From assembly GCA_037719575.1 (NCBI GenBank), contig JBBJMF010000004.1:132-64131 (forward strand): a stretch of 64,000 nt of DNA. Direction: 5' to 3'. Made by a program: the position numbers and the translations under genes. The DNA comes from Nocardioidaceae bacterium (GTDB taxonomy: Bacteria; Actinomycetota; Actinomycetes; Propionibacteriales; Nocardioidaceae). Numbering within the stretch: the stretch's first letter is position 1; the number at the start of each line of letters is the position of its first letter. Under the pieces are notes generated by a model. The model was not told the origin of the DNA. It saw nothing but the letters and a program-made list of their open reading frames with translations, and did not search any database. Positions 1 through 10,868 of this stretch are shown in pieces.

Positions 1-1497
<1,497 letters not shown>

Positions 1498-1506
1498 GGG
1501 CTGACC

Positions 1507-2712
1507 GTGGCGACCACAGTCGACGAGCTCGACCGCCGGCTCGGCGGCCTGCGGGGCTCACGGGTCCTCGTCCGCGCCGACCTCAACGTGCCCCTCGACC
1601 ACGGCCGGATCACCGACGACGGCCGGATCCGCGCGAGCGTCCCGACCCTGGAGGACCTGCGGAGTCGCGGTGCCAGGGTCATCGTGATGGCCCACCTCGG
1701 ACGCCCGATGGGCGTGCCCGACCCGGAGCTCTCGCTCGCCCCGGTCGCGACCCGGCTCGCCGAGCTGCTCGGCGTGGCGGTTGAGCATGCGGAGGACACC
1801 GTGGGCGAGTCGGCTCGGGAGGCTGTCGGGGCGATGGCCGATGCCGACGTCGTCCTGCTGGAGAACGTCCGGTTCGACGCGGGGGAGACGAGCAAGGACG
1901 ACGACGTGCGCGGCGCGTTCGCCGACCAGCTCGCCGGCCTCGGTGACGCGTTCGTCAGCGACGGTTTCGGGGTCGTGCATCGCAAGCAGGCAAGCGTGTA
2001 CGACGTGGCGCAGCGCCTGCCACACGCCGCCGGGGGCCTGGTGCTCGAAGAGGTCGACGTGCTGCGACGACTCACCGACGACCCTGAGCGCCCTTATGTC
2101 GTGGTTCTCGGAGGATCCAAGGTCTCGGACAAGCTCGGCGTGATCGACAACCTGCTCGGCACCGCCGACAAGCTGGTGATCGGCGGCGGGATGGTCTTCA
2201 CGTTCTTGGCGGCCCAAGGTCATGAGGTGGGCAGGAGCCTGCTGGAGCGCGACCAGCTCGACACCGTCCGTGGCTACCTCGACAGGGCCGCGGAGTCCGG
2301 TGTCGAGATCGTGCTGCCGTCCGACGTGGTCGTGGCGTCCAAGGCCTCCGACACCGCGGCCCCCTCCGTCGTGCCCGTCGACGCCATCCCGCCCGACAAG
2401 CTCGGTCTCGACATCGGGCCGCAGAGTGCCGCCGAGTTCGCCCGGGCCTTGGACGGTGCCCGGACCGTCTTCTGGAACGGCCCGATGGGCGTGTTCGAGG
2501 TCGCCGCCTTCGCCGAGGGGACCCGGTCCCTCGCCGCGGCGCTGACCGTCGTGGACGGGCTGACGGTCGTCGGCGGCGGCGACTCAGCCGCGGCGGTCCG
2601 CGCGCTGGGGTTCCGCGACGACGAGTTCGGACATATCTCGACCGGTGGGGGAGCGAGCCTCGAGTATCTCGAGGGCCGCACCCTCCCCGGCCTCGACGTG
2701 CTGGAGGACTGA
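1507..2712 (+). CDS. pgk: Phosphoglycerate kinase
   Basis: '[12 protein letters not shown]', '[15 protein letters not shown]', '[13 protein letters not shown]' PGK motifs. Position is between gap and tpiA. Confidence 0.95.
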   Translation: MATTVDELDRRLGGLRGSRVLVRADLNVPLDHGRITDDGRIRASVPTLEDLRSRGARVIVMAHLGRPMGVPDPELSLAPVATRLAELLGVAVEHAEDTVGESAREAVGAMADADVVLLENVRFDAGETSKDDDVRGAFADQLAGLGDAFVSDGFGVVHRKQASVYDVAQRLPHAAGGLVLEEVDVLRRLTDDPERPYVVVLGGSKVSDKLGVIDNLLGTADKLVIGGGMVFTFLAAQGHEVGRSLLERDQLDTVRGYLDRAAESGVEIVLPSDVVVASKASDTAAPSVVPVDAIPPDKLGLDIGPQSAAEFARALDGARTVFWNGPMGVFEVAAFAEGTRSLAAALTVVDGLTVVGGGDSAAAVRALGFRDDEFGHISTGGGASLEYLEGRTLPGLDVLED

Positions 2713-2715
2713 CCG

Positions 2716-3513
2716 ATGGCAACGCACGGGCGGCTCCCGCTGATGGCGGGCAACTGGAAGATGAACCTCAACCACCACGAGGCCGTCATGCTGGTGCAGA
2801 AGCTGGCCTGGACGCTCGCGGACAAGAAGTACGACCCGACCCGGAGCGAGGTCGCTGTGCTGGTCCCGTTCACGGACCTGCGCAGCGTCCAGACGCTCGT
2901 CGACGGCGACAAGCTACCGCTGCGCCACGGTGCCCAGGACCTCTCGGCGCATGATGGCGGTGCGTACACCGGTGAGATCAGCGCGGCGATGCTCGCCAAG
3001 CTGGGGTGCAGCTACGTGACGGTCGGCCATTCCGAGCGGCGCGAGCACCACAGGGAGGACGACGCTGTCGTCAACGAGAAGGCGCGCCGGGCGTTGGAAG
3101 CGGCGATCACCCCGATCGTGTGCGTGGGAGAGGGGCTCGACGTACGACGTGAGGGTCGCCAGGTCGACCACACCCTGACCCAGGTCGCCGGCTCGTTGGC
3201 CGGTCTCGACGCCGACCAGGTCGCCGGTCTGGTGATCGCCTACGAGCCGGTCTGGGCGATCGGTACCGGCGAGGTGGCGACACCCGACGACGCGCAGGAG
3301 GTCTGCGGCGCCATCCGCGCCCGGCTCGCGGACGAGCACGGGGACGATGTAGGAGCCGCCGTCCGGCTGCTCTACGGGGGGTCGGTCAAGGCGGCGAACG
3401 TCGCGGGGATCATGGCGCAGCCGGATGTGGACGGCTGCCTGGTCGGCGGGGCGAGCCTGCAGGCTGACGAGTTCGGCGGGATCTGCCGCTTCTACGACAT
3501 GCCGGTGCTGTGA
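2716..3513 (+). CDS. tpiA: Triosephosphate isomerase
   Basis: 'LMAGNWKMN', 'GHSERR', '[11 protein letters not shown]', 'LYGGSV' TIM motifs. Confidence 0.95.
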   Translation: MATHGRLPLMAGNWKMNLNHHEAVMLVQKLAWTLADKKYDPTRSEVAVLVPFTDLRSVQTLVDGDKLPLRHGAQDLSAHDGGAYTGEISAAMLAKLGCSYVTVGHSERREHHREDDAVVNEKARRALEAAITPIVCVGEGLDVRREGRQVDHTLTQVAGSLAGLDADQVAGLVIAYEPVWAIGTGEVATPDDAQEVCGAIRARLADEHGDDVGAAVRLLYGGSVKAANVAGIMAQPDVDGCLVGGASLQADEFGGICRFYDMPVL

Positions 3514-3571
3514 GACGGCCCGCGGCTGACCGTCTTCGCGGGACGGCGCGCAGCAGGTAGGCTCTGGCGTT

Positions 3572-3805
3572 GTGATCGTAGCCTTTGACATCCTGCTCGT
3601 CCTGAGCAGCGCCTTCCTGGTCCTGATGATCCTGCTGCACAAGGGGCGCGGCGGCGGGCTGTCGGACATGTTCGGTGGCGGCGTGTCCAGCGGCCTCGGT
3701 GGCTCGTCGGTGGCGGAGAAGAACCTGGACCGCATCACGGTCGGTGTCGCCGTCCTGTGGGCGGTCTGCATCATCGCCTTGGGTCTGCTGTTGAAGACCG
3801 GCTGA
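3572..3805 (+). CDS. secG: Preprotein translocase subunit SecG
   Basis: 77 aa with two hydrophobic helices flanking the Gly-rich loop 'HKGRGGGLSDMFGGG'. Conserved position after tpiA. TAGGCT (3556-3561) is a possible -10 just upstream of GTG 3572. Confidence 0.85.
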   Translation: MIVAFDILLVLSSAFLVLMILLHKGRGGGLSDMFGGGVSSGLGGSSVAEKNLDRITVGVAVLWAVCIIALGLLLKTG

Positions 3806-3879
3806 GCCGAGCCGCGCGCCGACGTACAATCCCTCAACCGGGCATCCAGATCGTGCTCGGCTCATCTCAAGGAGTCCTG

Positions 3880-4236
3880 GTGGCTGGTGGAAGCGCGATC
3901 CGCGGGAGCAGGGTGGGGGCCGGCCCGATGGGCGAGGCCGAACGGGGAGAGGCGGCCCCCCGTCAGCGGATCACCTACTTCTGCGCGCACGGTCACGAGA
4001 CCGCCCCGATGTTCGCCCTCGATGCACCGGTCCCCGAGAACTGGGACTGCCCGCGCTGCGGCCTCCCCGCCAACCGGGACAGCGACAACCCCCCGCCCCC
4101 GCCGAAGGCCGAGCCCTACAAGACCCACCTGGCTTACGTGAAGGAGCGGCGCTCCGACGCGGAGGCGCAGGAGATCCTCGACGAGGCCCTCCAGATGCTG
4201 AGAGCCAAGCGCAAGTCCGGCGAGATCATCTACTGA
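3880..4236 (+). CDS. rbpA: RNA polymerase-binding protein RbpA
   Basis: 'RGSRVGAGPMGEAERGE', 'ITYFCAHGHETAPMFALDAPVPENWDCPRCG' and the C-terminal 'KTHLAYVKERRSDAEAQEILDEAL' helix are typical of actinobacterial RbpA. GTG 3880 is preceded by AAGGAG (3869-3874). The ORF-track start at 3757 is an upstream extension. Confidence 0.85.
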   Translation: MAGGSAIRGSRVGAGPMGEAERGEAAPRQRITYFCAHGHETAPMFALDAPVPENWDCPRCGLPANRDSDNPPPPPKAEPYKTHLAYVKERRSDAEAQEILDEALQMLRAKRKSGEIIY

Positions 4237-4308
4237 CGCCAGCCCAGAGACCGGCTGGAGCTACTTGACCTCGCTCCACAGCAGCCTGACGGCGCCGATG
4301 GTGCTCTG

Positions 4309-4738
4309 ACCATCCGACCCTCGTGGCAGACGATCCGACCGTGGTGGTGGACGATCCGATCGTTGACGTCTGCGTGGTCGCGCAATTTTGGCGGTTGACG
4401 GCCACCTGGTTGCGTCGGATCATCACGAACCCGCCGGGAGGCTCGGTCGTTCCCGGCAAGCGTCGTGGGGCCTACCGAACTTGAGTCCTGGTGGTTCCGT
4501 GGCGCTGACGCCCACGTATCTCGATGGTGTCGGGTCGCTGGAACAACCCCAGTGGCTCAAGATCGGTGGAACCGCAAAGCGCCTTGACCGAGGTTGATGT
4601 CCAAAGGTTGCCCCAGCGACCCATACGTCGAGGACCGGCCGGCCGGGAGATCACCAGCGCAGCTCTAAACCGAGGTCCGCTATGAGGTCTCATTGTTGTC
4701 CACCAGGGTCGGACAGTGCGCCACGAGGGTCGGATGGT
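4309..4738. repeat. 430-bp non-coding element bounded by inverted repeats with 21-bp periodic TCCGACC sub-repeats (MITE-like or protein-binding array)
   Basis: ACCATCCGACCCTCGTGGC at 4309-4327 is the exact reverse complement of 4720-4738. The match continues imperfectly to about 4352 and about 4696. TCCGA(C/T)C cores lie at 4313, 4334 and 4355 (top strand) and 4734 and 4713 (bottom strand). Internal ORFs have poor third-position GC. Confidence 0.55.
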
Positions 4739-5515
4739 TTAGGGGGAGGAGATCCGGGCCAGGTCGGGAGGGAGCTGCGACGCGGCGGCCCGGTCCAGCT
4801 GCCAGAGGGTGGTCTGCATCCCCTTGGGCCCAGCCGCCGGGACCTGGACGACGCCCGCTCCGCTGAGGGCCAGGCGGACCGCTCGGGCCTTGTCCTCACC
4901 CGAGACCACGAACCAGACGTCGTGCGCGTGCTTGAGCGTCGGCATCGTCATCGTGAGCCGCACCGGTGGGGGTTTGGGCGACCCGCGTACGCCGACCACA
5001 GCGCGGTCGTCGTACAGGGCGGGTCGGCCCGGAAAGAGTGACGCCACGTGGCCGTCCGGGCCGACGCCGAGCATGAGCACGTCGAACGTCGGGGCACCTT
5101 CGTGGTCCCCAGGTCCGGTCGCCGCGGCCAGCTCGTCGGCGTACATCTCGGCGGCGAGGTCCGGGTCACCGTGGCTCTGTTCCGGGCTGGGCATCGGGTG
5201 CACGAGCGCCGGGGTGAGCGGCAGCGCGTCGAGCAGCGTGGCGCGGGCCTGGAGGTCGTTGCGGTCGGGGTCGTCCGCGGCGACGAAACGCTCGTCTCCC
5301 CACCACACCTCGACGGCCGCCCAGTCGACCGCGTCGCGCGCGGACGACCGTGCGACCGCGCGGTGGACCGCGTCGGCGATCGTCCCGCCGGTCAGCACGA
5401 GGCGGGCCGTCCGTCCGGATGCCTGCGCGTCGACGAGCCGGGTGAGGAGACGAGCCGACACGGCCTCGGCCAGCGCATCGGCGCCTTGGTGGACGGCGAC
5501 GGACGGTACGCTCAT
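4739..5515 (-). CDS. pgl: 6-phosphogluconolactonase
   Basis: 'RLVLTGGT', 'VEVWWGDERFV', 'FDVLMLGVGPDGHVASLFPG' DevB/Pgl motifs. ATG 5515 overlaps the opcA stop (ATGA). The upstream part of the 307-aa ORF is non-homologous. Confidence 0.9.
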   Translation of the reverse strand: MSVPSVAVHQGADALAEAVSARLLTRLVDAQASGRTARLVLTGGTIADAVHRAVARSSARDAVDWAAVEVWWGDERFVAADDPDRNDLQARATLLDALPLTPALVHPMPSPEQSHGDPDLAAEMYADELAAATGPGDHEGAPTFDVLMLGVGPDGHVASLFPGRPALYDDRAVVGVRGSPKPPPVRLTMTMPTLKHAHDVWFVVSGEDKARAVRLALSGAGVVQVPAAGPKGMQTTLWQLDRAAASQLPPDLARISSP

Positions 5516-6546
5516 CGGCTGCGCTTGCGTCCCTTCTCGGCCGGCACCTTGGTGGCCGGCGCCCTCTTCTTCTTCGCCGGTGTGCGCGTGCTCGTGGTCC
5601 GGCTCGCGGTCGCTATGCCCGACGCCGTCGCCTTCTTGGCACCCGCGTCGGCGAGCCGGCACATTCGCCGGACCGTCGACGCGTAGATGTCGTCGGGGTC
5701 CAGCCGGCGGAGCTCTTCCGCGAGCAGCTCGGCCGTGTCGCGGCGCTTCAGCGCCACCGGCCTGTTGGGTGCGTTCGGGATCGTGAACTCGGCGAGCAGC
5801 CCGTCAGGCCGGGAGATCTCGATCGGGCCTCCGCCGGTCTGCATCACGACCGAGGTGATGCCAGGTCCCTTGGACACCACCCGGGTCACCTCGACGTGCA
5901 GGCAGTCGGCCATCCAGGCCACGAGCAGGTCGGCGCTCGGGTTGACCCGCTCGGCCTCGACGATGCCGGCGGTGACCTTCGCCGGGTACTGGTCGAGTGC
6001 CGCGGCGAGCAGCGCCCGCCACGGGGTCAGCCTGGTCCACGACAGGTCGGTGTTGCCGTCGGAGTAGGCGCGAGCCTGGTTCAGGATCGCCTGCGTCTTC
6101 CCGCGCTCCGTGGCCGCCGCGTCGGTGATGCGCCGCTGAGCCAGCCGCCCGAGCGGGTCGGCGGCGGGGTCGCCCGGTGCCTTGCGTGGCCACCACACCA
6201 CCACGGGGGAGTCGGGAAGGAGAAGGGGGAGTACGACGCTCTCCGCGTGCCTGGTCAGCTCGCCGCTCATCCTCAGCAGCACGGACTCACCCGAACCGCC
6301 GATCATCAGCTCCGCGTCCAGGTTGGGCTTGCCGCGGCCCGAGCGTCGGATGATCCCGAGGATGCGGGCGGGGTGCTCGCGCGACACCGCCCGGGCAACC
6401 TTGAACGCGTCGTAGTGGTCGCCCTCGTCGGTCACCACGACGAACGTCAGGACCATGCCCATGGCGGGTGAGCCCGCCTTGCGTCGCTCGCCAAGCAGCG
6501 CGCCCGCGACCTCGCTGGCGTTCGTCGATGTCAGTTCGATGGACAT
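5512..6546 (-). CDS. opcA: Glucose-6-phosphate dehydrogenase assembly protein OpcA, with a basic C-terminal tail
   Basis: Position is between zwf and pgl. 'MVLTFVVVTDE', 'ARILGIIRR', 'PVVVWWP' are OpcA-like blocks. GAGGAGAGG RBS precedes ATG 6546. Confidence 0.85.
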   Translation of the reverse strand: MSIELTSTNASEVAGALLGERRKAGSPAMGMVLTFVVVTDEGDHYDAFKVARAVSREHPARILGIIRRSGRGKPNLDAELMIGGSGESVLLRMSGELTRHAESVVLPLLLPDSPVVVWWPRKAPGDPAADPLGRLAQRRITDAAATERGKTQAILNQARAYSDGNTDLSWTRLTPWRALLAAALDQYPAKVTAGIVEAERVNPSADLLVAWMADCLHVEVTRVVSKGPGITSVVMQTGGGPIEISRPDGLLAEFTIPNAPNRPVALKRRDTAELLAEELRRLDPDDIYASTVRRMCRLADAGAKKATASGIATASRTTSTRTPAKKKRAPATKVPAEKGRKRSR

Positions 6547-6556
6547 GGTCCTCTCC

Positions 6557-8095
6557 TCAGGGGCGACGCCAGGTGCGTCCGTCGCGCCTCAGCATCTCGA
6601 TAGCCGACTCGGGTCCCCACGTCCCCGACTCGTAGGTGTCCGGCTTCCCCTGCTCGGCCCAGTAGTCGATGATCGGGTCCAGCACGCGCCAGGACAGCTC
6701 GACCTCCTCGAGCTGCGGGAACAGCGGCGGGTCGCCGAGGAGCACGTCCAGGATCAGCCGCTCGTACGCCTCCGGGCTCGACTCGACGAAGGAACCGCCG
6801 TAGGCGAAGTCCATGTTGACGTCGCGGATCTCCATCGCCGTCCCGGGGACCTTGGCCCCGAACCTCATCGTGACGCCCTCGTCGGGCTGCACGCGGATCA
6901 CGACGGCGTTCTCGCCGAGCTCCTCCGTCGCTGTCTTGTCGAACGGCAGGTGCGGAGCTCGCTTGAACACCACGGCTACTTCGGTGACGCGTCGTCCGAG
7001 GCGCTTGCCGGTGCGTAGGTAGAACGGCACACCCGCCCACCGCCGGGTGTCGATCTCGAGCTTGATCGCGGCGAACGTCTCGGTGGCCGACGAGTTCGGG
7101 ATGTCGGACTCCTGGAGGTAGCCGCCGACCTTCACCCCACCGGCCCAGCCGGGGCCGTACTGCCCGCGCGACGTCGCGAGGTCGAGGCGGTGCGGGCGGC
7201 GTACGGAGCGCAGCACCTTCTGCTTCTCGATCCGTAGGCTGTGGGCGTCGAACGAGACCGGCTCCTCCATCGCCACCAGAGCCATCAGCTGCATGAGATG
7301 GTTCTGGATGACGTCACGCGCGGCGCCGATGCCGTCGTAGTAGCCGGCACGGGAGCCGATCCCGATGTCCTCCGCCATCGTGATCTGCACGTGGTCGACG
7401 TAGTTCGAGTTCCAGACCGGCTCGAAGAACTGGTTCGCGAAACGCAGCGCCAGCATGTTCTGCACGGTCTCCTTGCCGAGGTAGTGGTCGATCCGGAAGA
7501 CCGACTCGGCCGGGAAGACGCTGGCGATGACCTCGTTGAGCTCCATGGCGCTCGCGAGGTCGTGGCCGAACGGCTTCTCGACCACGAGCCGCCGCCAGGA
7601 GCCGAGGACGGGGTCCGCGAGGCCGTGCTTCTTGAGCTGTCCGATCACGTCGGGGAAGAACTTGGGCGGGATCGCCAGGTAGAAGGCGTGGTTGCCCGCC
7701 GTACCCCGCTCACGGTCCAGCTCCTCGGTGGTGTCGCGGAGCTGCTCGAACGCGATGTCGTCGGAGAAGTCGCCGGGCACGAAGCGAAAACCCTTCGAGA
7801 GCTGGTTCCACACCTCTTCGCGAAACGGCGTCCGGGCGTGGTCGCGTACCGAGTCGTGGACGATCTTCGCGAAGTCCTGGTTTGCCCACTCGCGCCGGGC
7901 GAACCCCACGAGGGCGAACCCCGGCGGCAGCAGGCCACGGTTGGCGAGGTCGTAGATCGCCGGCATGACCTTCTTGGTGGAGAGGTCGCCGGTGACCCCG
8001 AAGATCACCAGGCCGCACGGCCCCGCGATCCGCGGCAGCCGCCGGTCGTTCTCGTCGCGCAGCGGGTTGGTCGAGGCGTGGACCTGTTGCGTCAT
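6557..8095 (-). CDS. zwf: Glucose-6-phosphate dehydrogenase
   Basis: 'LVIFGVTGDLSTKKVMPAIY' dinucleotide-binding motif and 'RIDHYLGKE' active-site motif. ATG 8095 overlaps the pgi stop (ATGA). The 211 codons upstream in the ORF track run antisense-free but are R/G/P-rich junk. Confidence 0.95.
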   Translation of the reverse strand: MTQQVHASTNPLRDENDRRLPRIAGPCGLVIFGVTGDLSTKKVMPAIYDLANRGLLPPGFALVGFARREWANQDFAKIVHDSVRDHARTPFREEVWNQLSKGFRFVPGDFSDDIAFEQLRDTTEELDRERGTAGNHAFYLAIPPKFFPDVIGQLKKHGLADPVLGSWRRLVVEKPFGHDLASAMELNEVIASVFPAESVFRIDHYLGKETVQNMLALRFANQFFEPVWNSNYVDHVQITMAEDIGIGSRAGYYDGIGAARDVIQNHLMQLMALVAMEEPVSFDAHSLRIEKQKVLRSVRRPHRLDLATSRGQYGPGWAGGVKVGGYLQESDIPNSSATETFAAIKLEIDTRRWAGVPFYLRTGKRLGRRVTEVAVVFKRAPHLPFDKTATEELGENAVVIRVQPDEGVTMRFGAKVPGTAMEIRDVNMDFAYGGSFVESSPEAYERLILDVLLGDPPLFPQLEEVELSWRVLDPIIDYWAEQGKPDTYESGTWGPESAIEMLRRDGRTWRRP

Positions 8096-9693
8096 CGAAG
8101 CATGTCCATCAGGACCGGGACTCCCGCTGCCGGGTCGGTCAGATGCAAGCGGAGCACGGGCCGGCCGTGGTCGGCAAGCACGGCCGCGTCGCCGGCAGCC
8201 TGCGCGGCGATCAGCTCGCCGAACGTGAAGGGGCGGTCGGGAATCTCGACGTCCCGGGACTCGCTCGACGTGACCTGCAGGAACACGCCCTGCGCCGGAC
8301 CTCCCTTGTGGTACTGACCGGTCGAGTGCAGGAAGCGGGGTCCCCAGCCGAACGTCGTGGGCCTCCCGGTACGACGTGCCAGCGTCGCCCTGACGTCGTG
8401 CAGGGCCACGTCGCGCTGCGAGTCGAGGTAGGCCATGACCGCGAGGTAGCCGTCGTCCTCGAGCCGGGACAGCAGCGCCTCGACCGCCCCGGTGACCGAG
8501 ACGACGCCGTCCAGCAGCCCCGCAGAGCCGCGGGCCTCGATGCCGTTCTCTCGGATCTGGGCCGGCTCCACCTCGGGCTGCTTGTCCAGCAGGCCGCGCG
8601 CCGCCTGCTTCGCGCTCTCGACGTCGGGCTGGTCGAACGGGTTGATGCCGAGGAGCCGGCCGACGACCGCGGTGGCCGTCTCCCACACCAGCAGCTGCGC
8701 CCCGAGGGTCCCGGCCACCGTCACCCACGGCTCGCCGGTCTGCCTTTCGGTGCGCGGCCGGTCCGGCCGCGTGAGCCCGGCGACGACCACGTCGTCCGCC
8801 GGGAAACGGACCTCCGGCGCCGACTCGCCTTCCACCGCAACCGGCAGCACGCCCAAGCCCAGCTTGCCCGTCGACTCGGCGACCAGCTGCTCGGCCCAGT
8901 CGGCGAACCCACGGATGTCGGAGCCGAGGTCGGCGATCGCCGCCTTGTCCCGGCCGTCGTTGGCCGCGAGCGCCGCGGCCAGGACGAGAGCCGGGTTGTC
9001 GGGTGCGTCGGTACCAAGGTCAGCCATCACCGCCTCGGCCTCGTCGAGGAGGTCGGAGACGTCCACCCCGGCGATCCCGGTGGGCACCAGGCCGAACGCC
9101 GTCAGCGCGCTGTAGCGACCACCGACGTGCGGGTCGGCGAGGAACACCTTCCGGTAGCCCTCGTCCTTCGCCAGCCGCTCGAGGTCCGAACCCGGATCGG
9201 TGACGACGATGAGCCGGGAGGCGGCGTCGATCCCGGCGGCCTCGAACGCAGTGACGAACGCCCGGCGCTGGCTGTCGGTCTCCAGGGTGCCTCCCGACTT
9301 GCTGGACACCACGACGACCGTGCGGGACAGGTCGCCGCAGGTCGCCCGATGGACCACGCTGGGGTTGGTGGAGTCGAGGATCGTCAGCGGGATGTCGAAC
9401 GTGCGGGCGATGACCTCGGGCGCGAGCGACGAGCCACCCATCCCGCACAGGACCACCTGGTCGAGACCCTCGGCCCACAGGTCGGCACGCAACGCGTCGA
9501 TCTCGGCCAGCAGCGGGCGCGAGCCCGTCGGGAGTGAGACCCAGGAGAGCCGGACCGAGGCATCCTCCTCCGTGTCGGGCCCCCAGAGGGTGGCGTCCTG
9601 GCCGGCGATCCGGCTCGCTACCCGGTCGGAGACCAGCTGCGCGACGACGTCGTCGTACGACGCAGAGGTGCGAACGGTGAGCTCGACCTTCAT
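8092..9693 (-). CDS. pgi: Glucose-6-phosphate isomerase
   Basis: '[13 protein letters not shown]', 'GGRYSALT', 'NPFDQPDVE' PGI motifs. ATG 9693 overlaps the tal stop (ATGA). Confidence 0.9.
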   Translation of the reverse strand: MKVELTVRTSASYDDVVAQLVSDRVASRIAGQDATLWGPDTEEDASVRLSWVSLPTGSRPLLAEIDALRADLWAEGLDQVVLCGMGGSSLAPEVIARTFDIPLTILDSTNPSVVHRATCGDLSRTVVVVSSKSGGTLETDSQRRAFVTAFEAAGIDAASRLIVVTDPGSDLERLAKDEGYRKVFLADPHVGGRYSALTAFGLVPTGIAGVDVSDLLDEAEAVMADLGTDAPDNPALVLAAALAANDGRDKAAIADLGSDIRGFADWAEQLVAESTGKLGLGVLPVAVEGESAPEVRFPADDVVVAGLTRPDRPRTERQTGEPWVTVAGTLGAQLLVWETATAVVGRLLGINPFDQPDVESAKQAARGLLDKQPEVEPAQIRENGIEARGSAGLLDGVVSVTGAVEALLSRLEDDGYLAVMAYLDSQRDVALHDVRATLARRTGRPTTFGWGPRFLHSTGQYHKGGPAQGVFLQVTSSESRDVEIPDRPFTFGELIAAQAAGDAAVLADHGRPVLRLHLTDPAAGVPVLMDMLR

Positions 9694-10811
9694 GCGGGTG
9701 CTTTCTCCAGCTCCGCGCGGACCGTGTCGAGCAGCTCCTGCCACGACTTCTCGAACTTGTCGACGCCTTCGTCCTCGACCACCTGGACCACGTCGTCGTA
9801 CGAGATGCCGATCTTCTCGAGACGGTCGATAACTTGCTGGGCGTCGTCATAGTGCGTAGTCACCTGGTCGCCGGTGATCTCGGCGTGGTCGGCAGTGGCC
9901 TCGATCGTCGCCTCCGGCATGGTGTTGACGGTGTCCGGGGCGACCAGCTCCACGACGTACATGGTGTCGGGGAGGTCCGGGTCCTTGACCGAGGTTGACG
10001 CCCAGAGCGGTCGCTGCACATGGGCACCGGCGCTCTCCAGCGGTGACCATCGCTCGCTGGTGAAGGTCTCCTGGAACTCGCGGTAGGCGAGGCGCGCGTT
10101 GGCGACGGCGGCCTTGCTGCGCAGGGCCTTGGCCTCGTCGGCATGCTCGGAGTCGGCGAGGGCTTCGAGCCGCTTGTCGACCTCGGTGTCGATGCGGCTG
10201 ACGAAGAACGACGCGACCGAGCGGATCGACGAGAGGTCGACGCCCTTGGAGTGGGCCTGCTCGAGCCCGGCCAGGTAGGCGTCCATCACAGCGCGATAGC
10301 GGTCCAGGCTGAAGATCAGCGTGACGTTGACGCTGATGCCCTCGGAGGTGGCGGCGGTGATCGCGGCCAGCCCCTCCTGGGTGGCCGGAATCTTGATCAT
10401 GACGTTCGGCCGGTCGACGAGCCACCACAGTGCACGGGCCTCAGCGATCGTTGCCTCGGTCCCGTGCGCGAGCCGCGGGTCGACCTCGATGCTGATCCGG
10501 CCGTCCTGCCCATCGGTGCGGTCGTAGACGTCGCGCAGCACATCGCAGGCCCAGCGGACGTCGTACGTCGTGATGGCGCGCACGGCCTCCTCGAGGTCGA
10601 CGCCGCGGACGGCGAGGTCCTTGACCTGCTCGTTGTAGTCCTCAGCGGCCGAGACCGCCTTGGCGAAGATCGTCGGGTTGGACGTCACACCCACCACGTG
10701 GCGCTTCTCGACGAGCTCCGCGAGGTTGCCACTGGTGAGCCGCAGCCGGGAGATATCGTCGAGCCAGACGGACACTCCCTGGTCAGAGAGCTCTTGGAGC
10801 CGATCGGTCAT
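9690..10811 (-). CDS. tal: Transaldolase
   Basis: '[10 protein letters not shown]', 'GVTSNPTIF', 'VMIKIPAT' (Schiff-base Lys) motifs. Confidence 0.95.
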   Translation of the reverse strand: MTDRLQELSDQGVSVWLDDISRLRLTSGNLAELVEKRHVVGVTSNPTIFAKAVSAAEDYNEQVKDLAVRGVDLEEAVRAITTYDVRWACDVLRDVYDRTDGQDGRISIEVDPRLAHGTEATIAEARALWWLVDRPNVMIKIPATQEGLAAITAATSEGISVNVTLIFSLDRYRAVMDAYLAGLEQAHSKGVDLSSIRSVASFFVSRIDTEVDKRLEALADSEHADEAKALRSKAAVANARLAYREFQETFTSERWSPLESAGAHVQRPLWASTSVKDPDLPDTMYVVELVAPDTVNTMPEATIEATADHAEITGDQVTTHYDDAQQVIDRLEKIGISYDDVVQVVEDEGVDKFEKSWQELLDTVRAELEKAPA

Positions 10812-10868
10812 GGCTGGTCCTTTCCTTGGCAGAGCCAGGTTGTGCGGGGATAGTCAACGGCTGGTTGC

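Noticed and set aside
4388-4693. ORFs 4388-4597 (+) and 4472-4693 (-) inside the inverted-repeat element as protein genes
   Set aside because: Third-position GC is only about 60% by hand count, far below neighbouring genes. There are no RBS-start pairs and no recognisable motifs. I treat them as non-coding content of the element.
8096-8728. 211-codon N-terminal extension of the zwf ORF
   Set aside because: It overlaps the 3' half of pgi in another frame. Homology to G6PDH starts at ATG 8095, which forms an ATGA overlap with the pgi stop.
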